DNA of 64,000 bases from assembly GCA_964247055.1 (NCBI GenBank), contig OZ176050.1:5580001-5644000 (forward strand). The letters are read 5' to 3'. Below the pieces are notes generated by a model. The model saw only the letters and a list, made by a program, of their open reading frames with translations. It was not told the origin of the DNA and did no database searches. Numbering within the stretch: position 1 is the stretch's first letter; every line of letters starts with the position of its first letter. This DNA is from Paragordius varius (Eukaryota; Animalia; Nematomorpha). Shown here piece after piece: positions 15,301-27,427 of this stretch. A program made the translations under genes and the position numbers.

Positions 15301-18300
15301 AAAGTAATAGGAATATTTATCAAATATCTGTAGAAGTATTTATAAAAATTTAAAAATCTATATATATATATATAATTTACTTTTATGACAGTGTTTGCCA
15401 AAAAAACCAGGCAAACATAAACAATTCCCATTAACATCACAATCGTTTCTTAGTGAATTGTTACAGGTGCATTCTAGATCAAACGTTATCATAGTAAGCG
15501 CAATTAAATTATTCCCCTGGTAGTAATCAAAAGTTTGAGATTATGTTAAAACTTAATATTAATATAAATTAACCGAGTGTACAAATTTTAAAGCAGTAAT
15601 TTTTCGGTATTATAAACGAGAAATTATCAAAATTTGAAAAAAATTACCTTAGCAATAAAACTCAAAAAATGGATCTTTGGGATTTAAAATTAGATTTATA
15701 TTTTTGAATAAAATTCGATGAAAAAAGTTTCAAATTCAAATATACCATAAAAATGATATTATAAATTTAAATATAGACAATTTAAATGATAAAATTACTT
15801 AATTTGATACTTCATTAGTTTTTTTTATTGTTTAGTAAAATCATTATGTTCGATATATAAATTTTGCTAAATTACAAATTTAACCTTATCAGAATAATTT
15901 ATGTAGCTGTACACCCCAAGCAATTTCAATTTATATGAAAATTTAGCATATCGATCTTCAGACGACACTGTTCACAAAAAAATTACTTTTTGAAAAAAGT
16001 TCCTACATTAAGCGGCGTTTTTGGAATTTTTATTACATAATTATAGGTATAATAATACTTTTAATGGAGCAAATAAATTTAAAACTTGAATAATATATGC
16101 CATTTACACCTCAAATTCACCCTTGAAAATTTAAATTCACCATAAAATTATTGTTATTTAAGAATAAAATTACCTATATTTTTTAATTTTATAAAAAATA
16201 AAATTTTGTCTAAAATAATAATAAAAAAATAAGCTATAATTACATATTTCATATTGATTAATGAGTTATATTAGCATGAAAATACATAATTAATTTTAGT
16301 CAATTGGAATTGTAAATGGTATATTTACAAGTAATGGTGTTACTTAGCTAGGGTTGGCTCTTGAATTAAATTTAGCAGTAATTTTCAACATAAATAACCA
16401 TTATAGTTTATATTATTACTTTCCTTGCTTATTAACAGTTCCTCTCATCGTTTAAAGACAATTTGTCATTAAAATATTTTTTAAATGTGATTGAGATACC
16501 ATTTTTTTATTTTTGTACACCTAAAAGAGTTTTGTTGTGCCAATTATTTTTATAAAAAAAATCGAAATTGTATTGCTAGTAAAATAAATTATAGGAAATA
16601 ATACTTTCATTGCAAGTTTTTCCATGAAAACTGCTTGTGCATGAACACTGACCCTCATCATCACATTCTTGTGAATTTGGACAATTGCAACCTAATTATA
16701 TATTGGAATGATATTTAGAAAGATTATTTGTTAAATGGTTAAAGAGATACTAGATTAAAGGTTTAATTCTAATACATGATATAATTTGGAATCAAATATA
16801 CCGGTTTTGAGATGGCGACTGTGATCCATTTATAATATAACGTAAAATACAAGTTCTCATGATAAAGAACCTATTTAATTTTCATATTCTTTTATTGTGG
16901 ATTTATTTTATAAGAATATCAGTAGATTTTGACTTTTTTAAGTGCCATTTTTGTAAATTTAAAATTTATTTCATCAAGGTACATAAATAGATATCTGAAA
17001 AAAATGGTTTAACACCTAAAATTTTTTTATGAGGGGTTATGGATATTTTTTGGCCCCGATTTAACATCAAACTCGAAATTTCAAAATTAAACGTTTTGGA
17101 TTAGAGTCATGTATATCGATCAAAGAGCGCGAATGACTAAATCGTTCGAGTGGTAGTTAGATTGGAATCTAATGTAAAGGTTGTTTGGGTTTATATAGTC
17201 AAAATTTTAACCCATAAGTCAAAAAATTTCACAGACAAACTAATTTGATAATCATATTAATTATTTTCATTATTAGGGTTAAATTAGTATAAATTTTTAA
17301 AAATTTTAAGTTGTTTTTGGTTTGCTTTTTATTAAAAATTATTATAATTATAATTATTTTACCTATTGGATACTATGCATAGTTACAACTGTAAATTTAT
17401 TACATAATCGTTATCAGAATCAAGTATGCCTTAAACTATATTTTAGTCTTTGAATTTTTTAAATTATAAGCCATCTAAAGAATGATTGATAGGATGGTAA
17501 TTATTTAAATAACAAAAAATAAAAATGGCTGTTGGAATGAATATAAAAGCAATAAATAAGTGTTTTAATCAAATTTCTTGTGTTATTTTAAGACATTCAT
17601 TGCCATCTAAACAAATTTGAGCTAATTTCATCCATTAGTTTTAAAATATTGATTAGGTAAAGCGCTCTCGCTTCGCGGGTTTGCCGCGACCTATATCCAA
17701 TATTAACAATCGATGTAAAACATATTAGTTTGCATTGTATAGAGTTTTCATTACTCTTTTGAATGATATACCATTTCCCAGTCAATTAAAACGTTTTCCC
17801 AGTCAATAAAAATGTTTTCCCATCGAAACATTATTCCAGTCAATAAAAACATTTTTCCAGTCAATACAAACGGTATTGTTTTTACTGATAAATATCAAAA
17901 CAAGATATAAAAATAACTTTAACCCTTATCAGCGTAATATTAGGATAATATTTTTTTATAAAAAACAATTATTGAAAGACAATTTTTCTTATATATTAAA
18001 ACACAATTATTAATGACTTATTCTTTAAAACCTATATATTATTAACTTTTATTTTTCAGCACTGTTAAAATGATAGTAAATATCATAAAATGCAAAAAAA
18101 CTGGACTGGCAGAAAAATTGTTGTCAAGTGTATTTTATTGGTATAAGAGTTTGTTAAATTTTTACTTGGCATTTATCTTAGCTTAATTAATTGCCCTAAT
18201 AAAATTTAATAAATAAATATATATATATATATATATATATATTGCAAGCCAAATCAATTTAATTTCCTTCAAATATTAAAGTGTTAAAAATTAATGATGG

Positions 18301-19823
18301 AATTAATTGTACTTTTTTCACATTTTTGCCCATAGAATGTAGCTTTACAATGACAATATCCACGATCGCATTCATTGCCGATTGAATGATTTAGGGCACA
18401 ATTACATTCTTTAATTAAGTAAAAATAACAAATAATTATAATATATTTAATGTATCTGGAATATGCCGAATAAATCGCCATTTTCTAAAATGCAAAAAAC
18501 AGCACTGATTAATCAGTTGTCTGTTACACACTTTGTATCTTTCGCAAAAATAAAAAATTTGAAATTGTTCTTAACCTTTTAGGTAGGGGTGTCGGCACTC
18601 TGGGTTTAAATATATTTTAGATATAACATGCGAATTTTGTATGTTAAGAGTACTTATATCAAAACCAACCACAAAAGTTTATTTATACTTAACCAAATAA
18701 AATTACTCCGATTGCATCTTTTCCCATAGAACCCATTATGGCAAGTGCAGTATCCTAATTCATTGCAACTTGGACTTTGTGAGTTGTTTTGATGGCATTG
18801 GCATTCTGTTCAATAATAAACATAATTAATCGAATTTCATGATTAACTATAAAAATCTTTTAGTTGGCAAACGCCTTTTTAAATGGATGTAAGCAGATAA
18901 GGATTTTTTCGTTTTTCTTATTCACAATTTCTTTGGATTTTAAGTTACCTTATGTTAATATGATTTTCAATATTAAGTACAATAATAAAAATATATTTTT
19001 ATAGACTTAAAATTTTGCAAAACATAAGTTTTGGCCCATTTATAATGATTACAGTATTGACGATTTTTATAAAAAAAAATGACTCTGAGTATTTCTCTTT
19101 GTAACACTTCACCTTTTGCGATAATTTTATATCCCAAGCGATTTGAATATATATGCTTTCTTTAGCCTTTTAGGTTGAGCATCACAATTTTTTAAAAATG
19201 TAAAAAACCTTATCTCAAACTTTTTCGCCTCCATTTTTTCTTTGTAATTTCCCGATTCGCTGATAAAATAGGAAAATTGTACAATCTAAATAATTAACTT
19301 TAGTAAGCTTTCAGGCTGCTTACCAGCAAAAATTTGGTATTTTCGATTTTAAAATCAGCTGTTTAGTTCAATTTTGTTTTGAACATCTCCCAATCTTAGA
19401 CTCTAGAAGTCAGAAGTAAAACATTTGAGCTTTTTTTATCTAATACAGGAGTGCAATGTTTGCTAATTATATTATAATCAAACTTTCAAAACAGTAGGTC
19501 CTTTGAAGATTGAGCTCTGGCTCAATATGTCATCATCGCGCACAAAAAGGGAAAAGGTCATGAAGTGTTAATATTTCATTAGTCATTTTAATTGGGTTTG
19601 AAAATATAAATACCGTGTTCACAATATTTGCCATATAAAAATGGACGACATCGGCACCCATAAAAGTTGTCGCAAATTAAATCGAATCTTGGAGTATTGC
19701 AAAAACAATTTGTAGGAATAGCATTTCCTATTAAATAAATTCATTCAATTAAAAATAACTATAATCATACATACCTTTTTTAATTAGAATTATAAATATA
19801 ATTATAATTGTACTTTTGTGCAT
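9354..19823 (-). CDS. Secreted protein: signal peptide, six 6-Cys EGF/laminin-EGF-like modules, inactive trypsin-like domain; last exon unresolved
   Basis: Exons 19823-19775, 19727-19614, 18805-18707, 18408-18313, 16691-16605, 15473-15381, 14089-13994, 13735-13636, 13246-13038, 12845(or 12854)-12660, 9545-9354. All are GT-AG, phase-compatible and open. Protein: MHKSTIIIIFIILIKKGNAIPTNCFC...; trypsin motifs APWIV, CSGVIVSEYYALSLTTC, PHPLLIKIK, HQPIAI, LCNDIIGSPLI. Confidence 0.85.
11985..12238. mobile_element. Degenerate GC-richer MITE (GGCGCCC family)
   Basis: Right end CCCAGCTACGCAATTG resembles the reverse of CAGTGGCGTAGCT; internal GGCGCCC motifs; no clear TSD. Confidence 0.4.
14624..15201 (+). 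mobile_element. piggyBac-like MITE (TTAA target)
   Basis: TTAA|CACTTG ... AAAGTG|TTAA; highly similar copy at 34512-35092 and reverse copy at 52797-53359. Confidence 0.8.
16920..18140 (+). repeat. Dispersed repeat, homologous to 62720-63840
   Basis: Co-linear similarity (e.g. TTTGGCCCCGATTTAACAT, GCTCTCGCTTCGCG, GGCAGAAAAATT). This copy has an extra TTCCCAGTCAA tandem patch at ~17775-17870. Confidence 0.75.
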
Positions 19824-20108
19824 TGAAAAAAATGATGAAAATATTTAAATTTCTTAATACATTAATTAATATATTAGATATGGTCATATCAAAGGTTATG
19901 TAATATTTGCATAAATTTTAAAATAAAAGGTTGCAATAAGTTACATTTTAAGGTCAGGTATCACAATCTAAATAAATAAAAAATAAAATATATTATCAGT
20001 AGTTATGATAATAACCACGCGTAAAAGTAATGCTATCTTTGAATAAACTGATAAATCATACAATTTTAGGCACCGTAAGTATATAAAATCAGGGCTATTT
20101 CTTTATGA

Positions 20109-20399
20109 CAGTGGTTCGCAAAAGGGGGGCAATGACCCCCAAGGGAACCGTAGAAAAATCTAGGGTGCACAAAAATTTTGAATTCTATTCAATAACTAAA
20201 AACAAATAAAAGGTTAGTGAGGATCTCAAGTGCAAACACAATGTGAAAAAAAAAATATTTAAACATATTTGCATATACAAGGATCTCATTGATTATGATT
20301 TTTATAATTTATAATTTTTGCATTTTTATCTTTTTTGGGTGGAGGGAAGACTTTTTTAATTTTGGTGGTGTGTGAACAAAAAAAGGTTGGGAACCACGG
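20109..20399 (+). mobile_element. hAT-type MITE (CAGTGGTT...AACCAC family)
   Basis: Termini CAGTGGTTCGCAA / TTGGGAACCACGG; same family as 44442-44821 and the split copy at 25260-27003. Confidence 0.65.
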
Positions 20400-21434
20400 C
20401 TTGAGGTCCCTCGATGCATATATACTAAACGGCATTCCGTTTTTTACTAAATAAAATAAAAATATACGTGTCTTAATATTTCATATTAACAAAAATAATA
20501 TTTACTTGTCGAATTCTGGTTATAATCCACCAATTTGAAAAAGAATAAGTAAGAAATAAATTAAATCGAAAAATGTATATACCTTTTTTCATTCTATTTT
20601 AAAAGTTTTAATTTAATCCAAACCTTTTTTCATCGCCTTCAACGCTTTTTAATTAAATTTAACACTTTTGCAATCAACTTCAATATTTTTTCTTCAAATT
20701 TAACAAAATACTGTTAAGAAATTATTTACCATTTCATTTTTTAAAGATCCCGATCCTTTATATTTTTAAAAAAAATTTGACCTTAAAAATACTTAATTAA
20801 TGGGATATTTTATAAAGCAAAATATATATTTTGCAACACTAAGTTTGGTAGTTAATATATAATTGCCTCAAATCTGGAAGAAGTATAGTAAAAATAGGTT
20901 GCTTTTAATAAAAGCTGTTAAAATAAAAAATTTACTTAATCCCTATTATGATGTTTTTTCAGAAGCTTTTGCAATAATATTGAATATTTTTTGTTAATGT
21001 TATTGACAATCGTTTAATTACTTATGTGAATAATATATAATATTTTTTTTTGCTTCATGTTTCAATGGAGGTAACCGGTGTTCGTAACTTATATGTTTTG
21101 AATTTTACCCTCTTTTATGACGTTTGTACATTTTTCGAATTATTAAAAATTAACCCTCTCTGTTTTTGAAAATTTGGTACACTTAAGCAAATCCATTTTG
21201 CTGTAAATAAGTTAATATAAACAACCAACTAAAGACTTTTTACAGATATGTAAAAAACAAAATGAGCATTCATTTTTTTTTATAACAAACGAATTGCCAA
21301 AGTTTACCCATAATTTTATATTATTACAATAATGTACAAAATTTGGACCAAACCCCCAAATTCTTTTACGAAACAAATATTAATCTAACGTTGGTTTATA
21401 TTTTTTATGTTGCATAATACGTATTGCTATAGAG

Positions 21435-21702
21435 CAGTGTCCAACACACGACTCTTCGAAACTCTATGTGCGGCCCGTAAAAAAGTTGGGACATAATTTG
21501 CAAAATATGCTTATAAAATGTTAATATATTTAAAATTTCATGAACATTGGCGGGAAATATAAAAAATTGATATATTGTGTTTGTATTTTACAATCTAATG
21601 TTAAATCTAATAAAATAATGTCCATATATATTCCCAATGCGGCCCGCCCGATTTTTGAGTCTAAAATGCGTCCCGAGAAGTCATTTGTGTTGGACATCCC
21701 TG
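21435..21702. mobile_element. hAT-type MITE (CAGGGGTGTCCAA family), degenerate
   Basis: Ends CAGTGTCCAACAC / GTGTTGGACATCCCTG with GCGGCCCG subterminal motifs; TSD not retained. Confidence 0.6.
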
Positions 21703-22367
21703 TTTGTTGAGTTTTAGCATTTGCTCTCTATTAAAATCAAAATTATTATAATTGTTTAGTTTAAATTAATTTTGCGTATAAGTTGTCATCAATTTTTTAT
21801 GAGGGACTCTATCGGTTCATCTCAGCTAACATTATTTAATCGGACAAAAACTTTGATGGAAACAATTTAATCTTTTTACCAAAATGACCAAATCTAAGAT
21901 TTGTTTATTAATGTAAATATGTGTAAATCTGGAAATTTCTTATAATCGTTACTTTGTATATATGTTAAATTAACATGGCATAGGCAACATACTGACATTC
22001 TGGATAAATCGATATCGATTAAATTATCATATAAGAGAAATCAATAAAAGGGTTATAAAAATCTTTATACTGGTCAACGTTCATTAAAGAAGAAATTGGT
22101 AATCAATATTAATTTCATCGATTTTTTAAAAAAAATTTGCCGTGCTTATCGATTTAATTGATTATTGGAAAATTTTATTGTTTTTATAATGCTAGAATAA
22201 TTATTATATATGTCGTTCTTATTTGCGTCTTGCATTTCAATAAATCAATTATGTAAAACAATCCATTTTAATCGTTTATAAAGTTAAATAAATTAAACTT
22301 AATTATGTACTTGCTATTTAAGGTTTTCAATTCTTATTGAAAGTTTTAAGTCACAAATAAAAAAAGT

Positions 22368-22529
22368 ATTAGAGAAAAAGAGCACAATTGAAAAGGTTCA
22401 GCCGCATACGACCATTGCAAGAATACAGGCCACACCTTCGCCCCAGCATCCATTGTAGCACAAGCCGACAAAATATACGATGGGTTAATTTTGGAGGCTT
22501 GTTTTATCCATTCAAATATATCAACCTAA
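22368..22529 (+). pseudogene. Penelope-like retroelement GIY-YIG endonuclease C-terminal remnant
   Basis: Frame starting 22368 reads IREKEHN*KGSAAYDHCKNTGHTFAPASIVAQADKIYDGLILEACFIHSNIST*, matching the RxxEH...SAxxxH...GH...LE pattern; one internal stop. Confidence 0.6.
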
Positions 22530-23039
22530 TCAACAGAAGAAAGGAAAAAAAGAACTTAACAAGGCCACTAAAGACTTCTTAAAAGGAACGGATTATTTTA
22601 AAATATTTATCCAAGAAAATAATAGTAAAGAAAGTCCACATGGAGATCGCATTTTACATTTTTTTGTTTTATATTTTATAATTATTTTCAAATTTTGTTT
22701 TGGCCCTGTCATGCTTCGCTGTGACGCAGTCCGATAATTATTCTTAATAATTTGCAATAAAAAGAGGAAAGATAAAAAAATAATAAAAAACATATTTAAT
22801 AAAGAGAATGTCTTTAATTATTCTTTTACGGGTTTTTGCATAGGCTCAAATATTGTTTACTCGAAATTGACCTGTCCTTTATTAAAGTTAATATTCAACT
22901 ATCATTGGATTTATTTTAAAATTTTAGTTTTACAAAATCATAGTTAAAAGTTTTATTTTGAAATTTGTTGACACAGCTGGGATCAAGGGATATTAAAAAT
23001 AAATCATTTGTGATCTTTTTTAAAGGAAAGAATGATATT

Positions 23040-25082
23040 ATACAAATTCCCCAGAAGTGTGTTTAAATGAACTCATATGTTAAGTTTTTGGAAATTAGCT
23101 CCAAAATAACGCCATTTCTGTATGGCGTTTCAATATAAAACCGGTAAACCCCTTCCCATAGACCTATAAGGAAAAAGCGCTGAGTTAAATTTTTTGCCTT
23201 TATGGAGCAAATATTTGGAATCATCTTTGATACCATCGTCTCATGGGCTATTCGAAAAAATACCTCAACACTAAATAATCGTCATATGATAGCGTATTTT
23301 TAGGGGCAAGGCCCCAAATTAACGGCTAATTAAAAAAAGCCCGACCTTAATTTTTATCTAGTTACGGCAAGCTTTTAATGAGCTCATATGATTTCATAAT
23401 TTTCTGTAAATTAGATCCAAAACAATGCAATTTCTTAATAGTGGCGCAGTTTTTGGCTGGTAGTTCCCTACCCAGGGGGAGGTATAAAGCGTTGGGCAAA
23501 ATATTTGCCTTTATATGGAGAATATCTGTAATTACCATGGATTCCATATGTTCCTATTAGTCTCTTAGGTTTTCTAAAAAATGGATCCAAAGGCTTGCTG
23601 TATCAATATGATGAGGCAGTTTTACGCGGGTAGCCCCCTAAACAGAGGCGAAACAAAAAACGCTCGATTAAAATTTTTGCCTTAATTCGGGTAATAGCTG
23701 GAATCAAGATTTCATATGCTCTCGTGGGATTTTCGAAAAATTGCTCAAAACCAAGAAATCATTTTATGGACGCGCATTTTTCAGGGCAAGGGCCTATTTA
23801 AGGGGTAATTTAATAAAACCGCTCTACTTAAATTTTTGCATTTTACGGGTAATATTTCAAGCCCCTATTGAATTAATATGGCCTGATAAGTTTTTAAAAT
23901 TTGCCTCCAAAGTCACGCTGAATCGATATGGTGGCACAGTTGCAAGCGGGTTGCTCCCCACCCAGACGCCAATAAAAAAAAGACGTTCGATAAAATTTTT
24001 CTTTATAGGGGAATACCTGGAATCATCATTCATTCCTTATGTTCTTAATAGTTTTTGGAAGAATGGCTTTAAAACTAAATATTAGTTAAATGATAGAGCA
24101 TTTTTAGGGTGTAAAGGGCCTAATTAACGGCTAATTTTAAAAACACCGATCAACTTAAATTTTTGCCTTTTTACGGGTAATATTTCAGGCCCTTATTAAA
24201 CTTATGTGGCCTGATAAGATTATTTAAAATTAACTCCTAAACAACGCAATTTCGATATGGTGGCGCAAATTTAAGTAGGGTAGCTCCCTACACAGAGGCT
24301 GATAGAAAAAAAGCGCTTGATTAAAATTTTTACCCTTTTACGGGGAATATCTGGAATCATGATTGATTTCATATGTTCTCAGTAGTTGTTGGAAAAATTG
24401 TCTCAAAGCTAAAATCCTTCTATGGTGGCGCATTTTTGCGTGAAGGGCCTAATTAACGGCTAATTTTAAATAACCGCACGACCTAAATTTTTGCCTTGTT
24501 ACGGAATATTTTAAGCAGCTATTGAACTCATATGGCCTGATAGGTTTTTTGATATTTAGCCCCAAAGGCATGCTATTTCGATATGACGGGTCAGTTTTTA
24601 ACGGGTATCTCCTTATCCAGCAGCTATTATCGAAGAAACGCTTGACTAAAATTTTCGCCTTTAAACAGGGAATACCTGGAATCTTTATTGAGTTTTTACG
24701 GTCTCATACTTGGGCGAAAAATAGATTCAAAAAATTATTTTTGTGGACTTGTTGAAAAAAATGACATTTTACGGGGGGTGCGGGTAAAAAGAGGGCCTAA
24801 ATTAAAAAAAGCGAGCCGACTATGTTCGGCGAAATCGAAAACATTTGAAAAAACTCGGGAAAATTCTCTCAAAGACACGATTTTTGTGGACTTGTGTTTT
24901 CATAAAAACCGTTTTTTACACGGGGTGGGCCTGAACTGGGGACCTAATTAAAAAAAGGCGAAACTATTGTCGGGACATTCATTAATGATAATATTTTTTC
25001 GATATTTGGATTTGAATGGGTCTACCGGTTTTCCGGAAACAGATCACAAAGCCACCACTTTCCATTTTTAAAAATATATAGA
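23040..25082 (-). mobile_element. Helitron-like element copy B with ~325-bp internal tandem units
   Basis: Reverse complement of the copy A 5' end at 25082; repeated GGGTAGCTCCCT-like motif near 23460, 23630, 23950, 24280 and 24605. Confidence 0.65.
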
Positions 25083-25423
25083 TTATATTATTTGATTTGA
25101 TTTTAGTTAATTCATTGAAAAAGATACTACCGTGTATCGAAATTTTTGGATATGTGTGTGTATTGCTACAGTCGAGGTAGATTTTTTGTAATATTGTAAA
25201 AACTTCTCCATAGGTTGCGTTCAATTTAATGAATTTTACGAGATTTATTGTCATCATCCATTAAGGGGGTTGCGAAAAATTTGGATTATTTAATTAAAAA
25301 ATAAAACCAGAAACAAATTGAAGGATTTCAGGTGTAAATTATCAAGATTTGTCATCGATAATAAAAAATATTTTAAAAATTGAAAAAACAAGGATCTCAT
25401 TGATTAGGATTTTTATAATATTA

Positions 25424-26911
25424 CTAACGTAAATCTCAGGCGCATGATCTCTTAATTTTGGCGGAAAATAGCTTCAAAAACATATTGTTGCGCGGGTTTA
25501 AGGGTATAACGGCCCCAAGCACACCAAATTTTAGCAATGTTAACAAAAATACATTTATTTAGCAATGATCTTAATATAAAAAACATAAGCAATTATTAGG
25601 TGAAACGTGCAAAAAAAACCTCATTTTTGACATCGGGTATATAAATAATAAAAAAGACATGTATATTTTTGTCCATATGGACTAAAGAGGTTTGACTTAC
25701 ACACATCTGTAAAATTCCTATATATATTAAGGCATAACCCGTGATGCAGTTGATCACTGTAATGAGTACAATTTGTCCTTATGGAGTAGGTATATATGGC
25801 ATACACAATTGGATTGGAGCCTGCGAAGCCGCTATAAAAAAGTGCTCAACAAAATTGTGAACCATATATGTGGATCATTTCGAAACATTATTTATATGCA
25901 TACGATTTTCAAAACCGTGCTTCATAGAATTTTCAAAACTGTGCATTCATACTTATATATTGACGGCCAACGGCAAAAACCGCTATGCTATATTTTTTAC
26001 CTTTTTATGGGTATTATTTTAAGCCTTTATTGAACTCATATGACTTCTTAAGCTTTTTGACAATTAGCTCCAAAACCACGCCATATTTGTGTGGCGCCTC
26101 AGTTTTAAACCAGTAGACCCTTACTCATAGACCTATATGGAAAAAGCGCCTAGTTAATTCTTTGCCTTTACAAGGCAAATTTTGGAATCATTCATGATAC
26201 CATTCTCTCATGGGTTATTCGAAAAAATACCTTAACACCAAATAATCGTTATCTGATGGCGTATTTTTAGGGCATAAAGGCCCCAAATTAACGGTTAATA
26301 AAAAAACGCCTGACGTTTATTTTTGTCTGCTTAAGGATAATATTTTGAGCTTTTAAAGAGCTCATATGGCTTCATAAATTTTCTGTGAATTAGCTCCACA
26401 ATTTCTATATAGTGGCGCATTTTTGCGGCTATCTGTTTACCCAGCAGCCAATATTAAAAAAACGCAAGATTAAATTTTTGCCTTTTAACAGAGAATAACT
26501 CGAATCCTCAGTGAATTTTAACGGTCTCATACCCTTAGCAAAAAATTATTTAGATTTTTTGAAAAAAATGGCATTTTACGGGGGTAAAAAGAGAACCTTA
26601 ATTTAAAGAGTAAGCCGACTAGGTTCGGCGCAATCGAAAAAAGTAAAAATAATCATATTTGAAATCAAAAGGTACAACACGTTTTCCGGAAAATTGTCTC
26701 AAAGACACGATTTTTGTGAACTTGTGTTTTCAAAAAAAACCGTTTTTTACACGGGGTAAACCCGAACTGTGGGTCTAATTCAAAAAAAGGGCGAGGCTAT
26801 TGTCGCGGCATTCATAATGATTATATTTTTTCGACGTTAGGATTTGAATGGGTCCGGTTTTCCGGTAACAGATCACAAAGCCAACATTTTCCATTTTTAT
26901 AAATATATAGA
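25424..26911 (-). mobile_element. Helitron-like element copy C, apparently full length, carrying non-family cargo
   Basis: On the minus strand: A|TCTATATAT at the 5' end, ...CGTTAG|T at the 3' end; inserted between A and T with no TSD. Confidence 0.65.
25621..25890 (-). pseudogene. Possible class A GPCR TM7/helix-8/C-tail fragment
   Basis: FRNDPHIWFTILLSTF, then a 1-nt slip in a T6 run, then YSGFAGSNPIVYAIYTYSIRTNC...; hydrophobic helix ending in NPxxY. Confidence 0.4.
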
Positions 26912-27427
26912 TAATAAATTTTACATTTTTGTTTTGGATTTTTTGAGAGAGGGGCGTAAGAATTTTCATTTTGATTTGGTGAAAAAAAGGTTGGGAACCA
27001 CTGATCTATAACATTATAGATATTTGATTCTTAACAAAAATTCCTTACCTCTGTTAGGATTAAACTATCCGATATTCATTTAATTAGGTTAAAAATTTAA
27101 CGAGAACAAAAAATATATGACATACACTAAAATATTCTTATTTATTTGATTAAACATATAAATGATGAGATGTTTTGGCCAGTGAATTAATTACTATAAT
27201 GCTTAATTATAACAAACTGATAATTTTATGGAATAATAAATTAATTCTTTTGATGTAAAATTATCTACCCTTCATGTCATGATGTCTACTGCCTGATCCA
27301 ATAATATTATAAGCAGCAATATACATAATTTTAAAATTATTATATTTATTAGAATAATTATATATAAATAAGCACCTTAAAAATTTATATTCAAATTAAA
27401 TAATTGATTTAATCAAACACAGGTAAT

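Larger units (their letters stand above)
25260..27003 (+). mobile_element. hAT MITE split by the Helitron-like insertion at 25424-26911
   Basis: 25260-25423 and 26912-27003 align contiguously to the intact relative at 20109-20399; right end GGTTGGGAACCACTG. Confidence 0.7.

Noticed and set aside
18409-18481. ATG at 18481 as start of the EGF-protease gene
   Set aside because: Two further EGF exons and a better signal-peptide exon (19823) lie upstream and splice in phase.
22388-22582. Supplied 64-aa ORF
   Set aside because: Shadow frame of the Penelope-like remnant.
23362-25257. Supplied ORFs here and at 1236-1487, 2915-3299, 3896-4090 and 26775-26969
   Set aside because: All lie within MITE or Helitron-like repeats and have no recognisable protein motifs.
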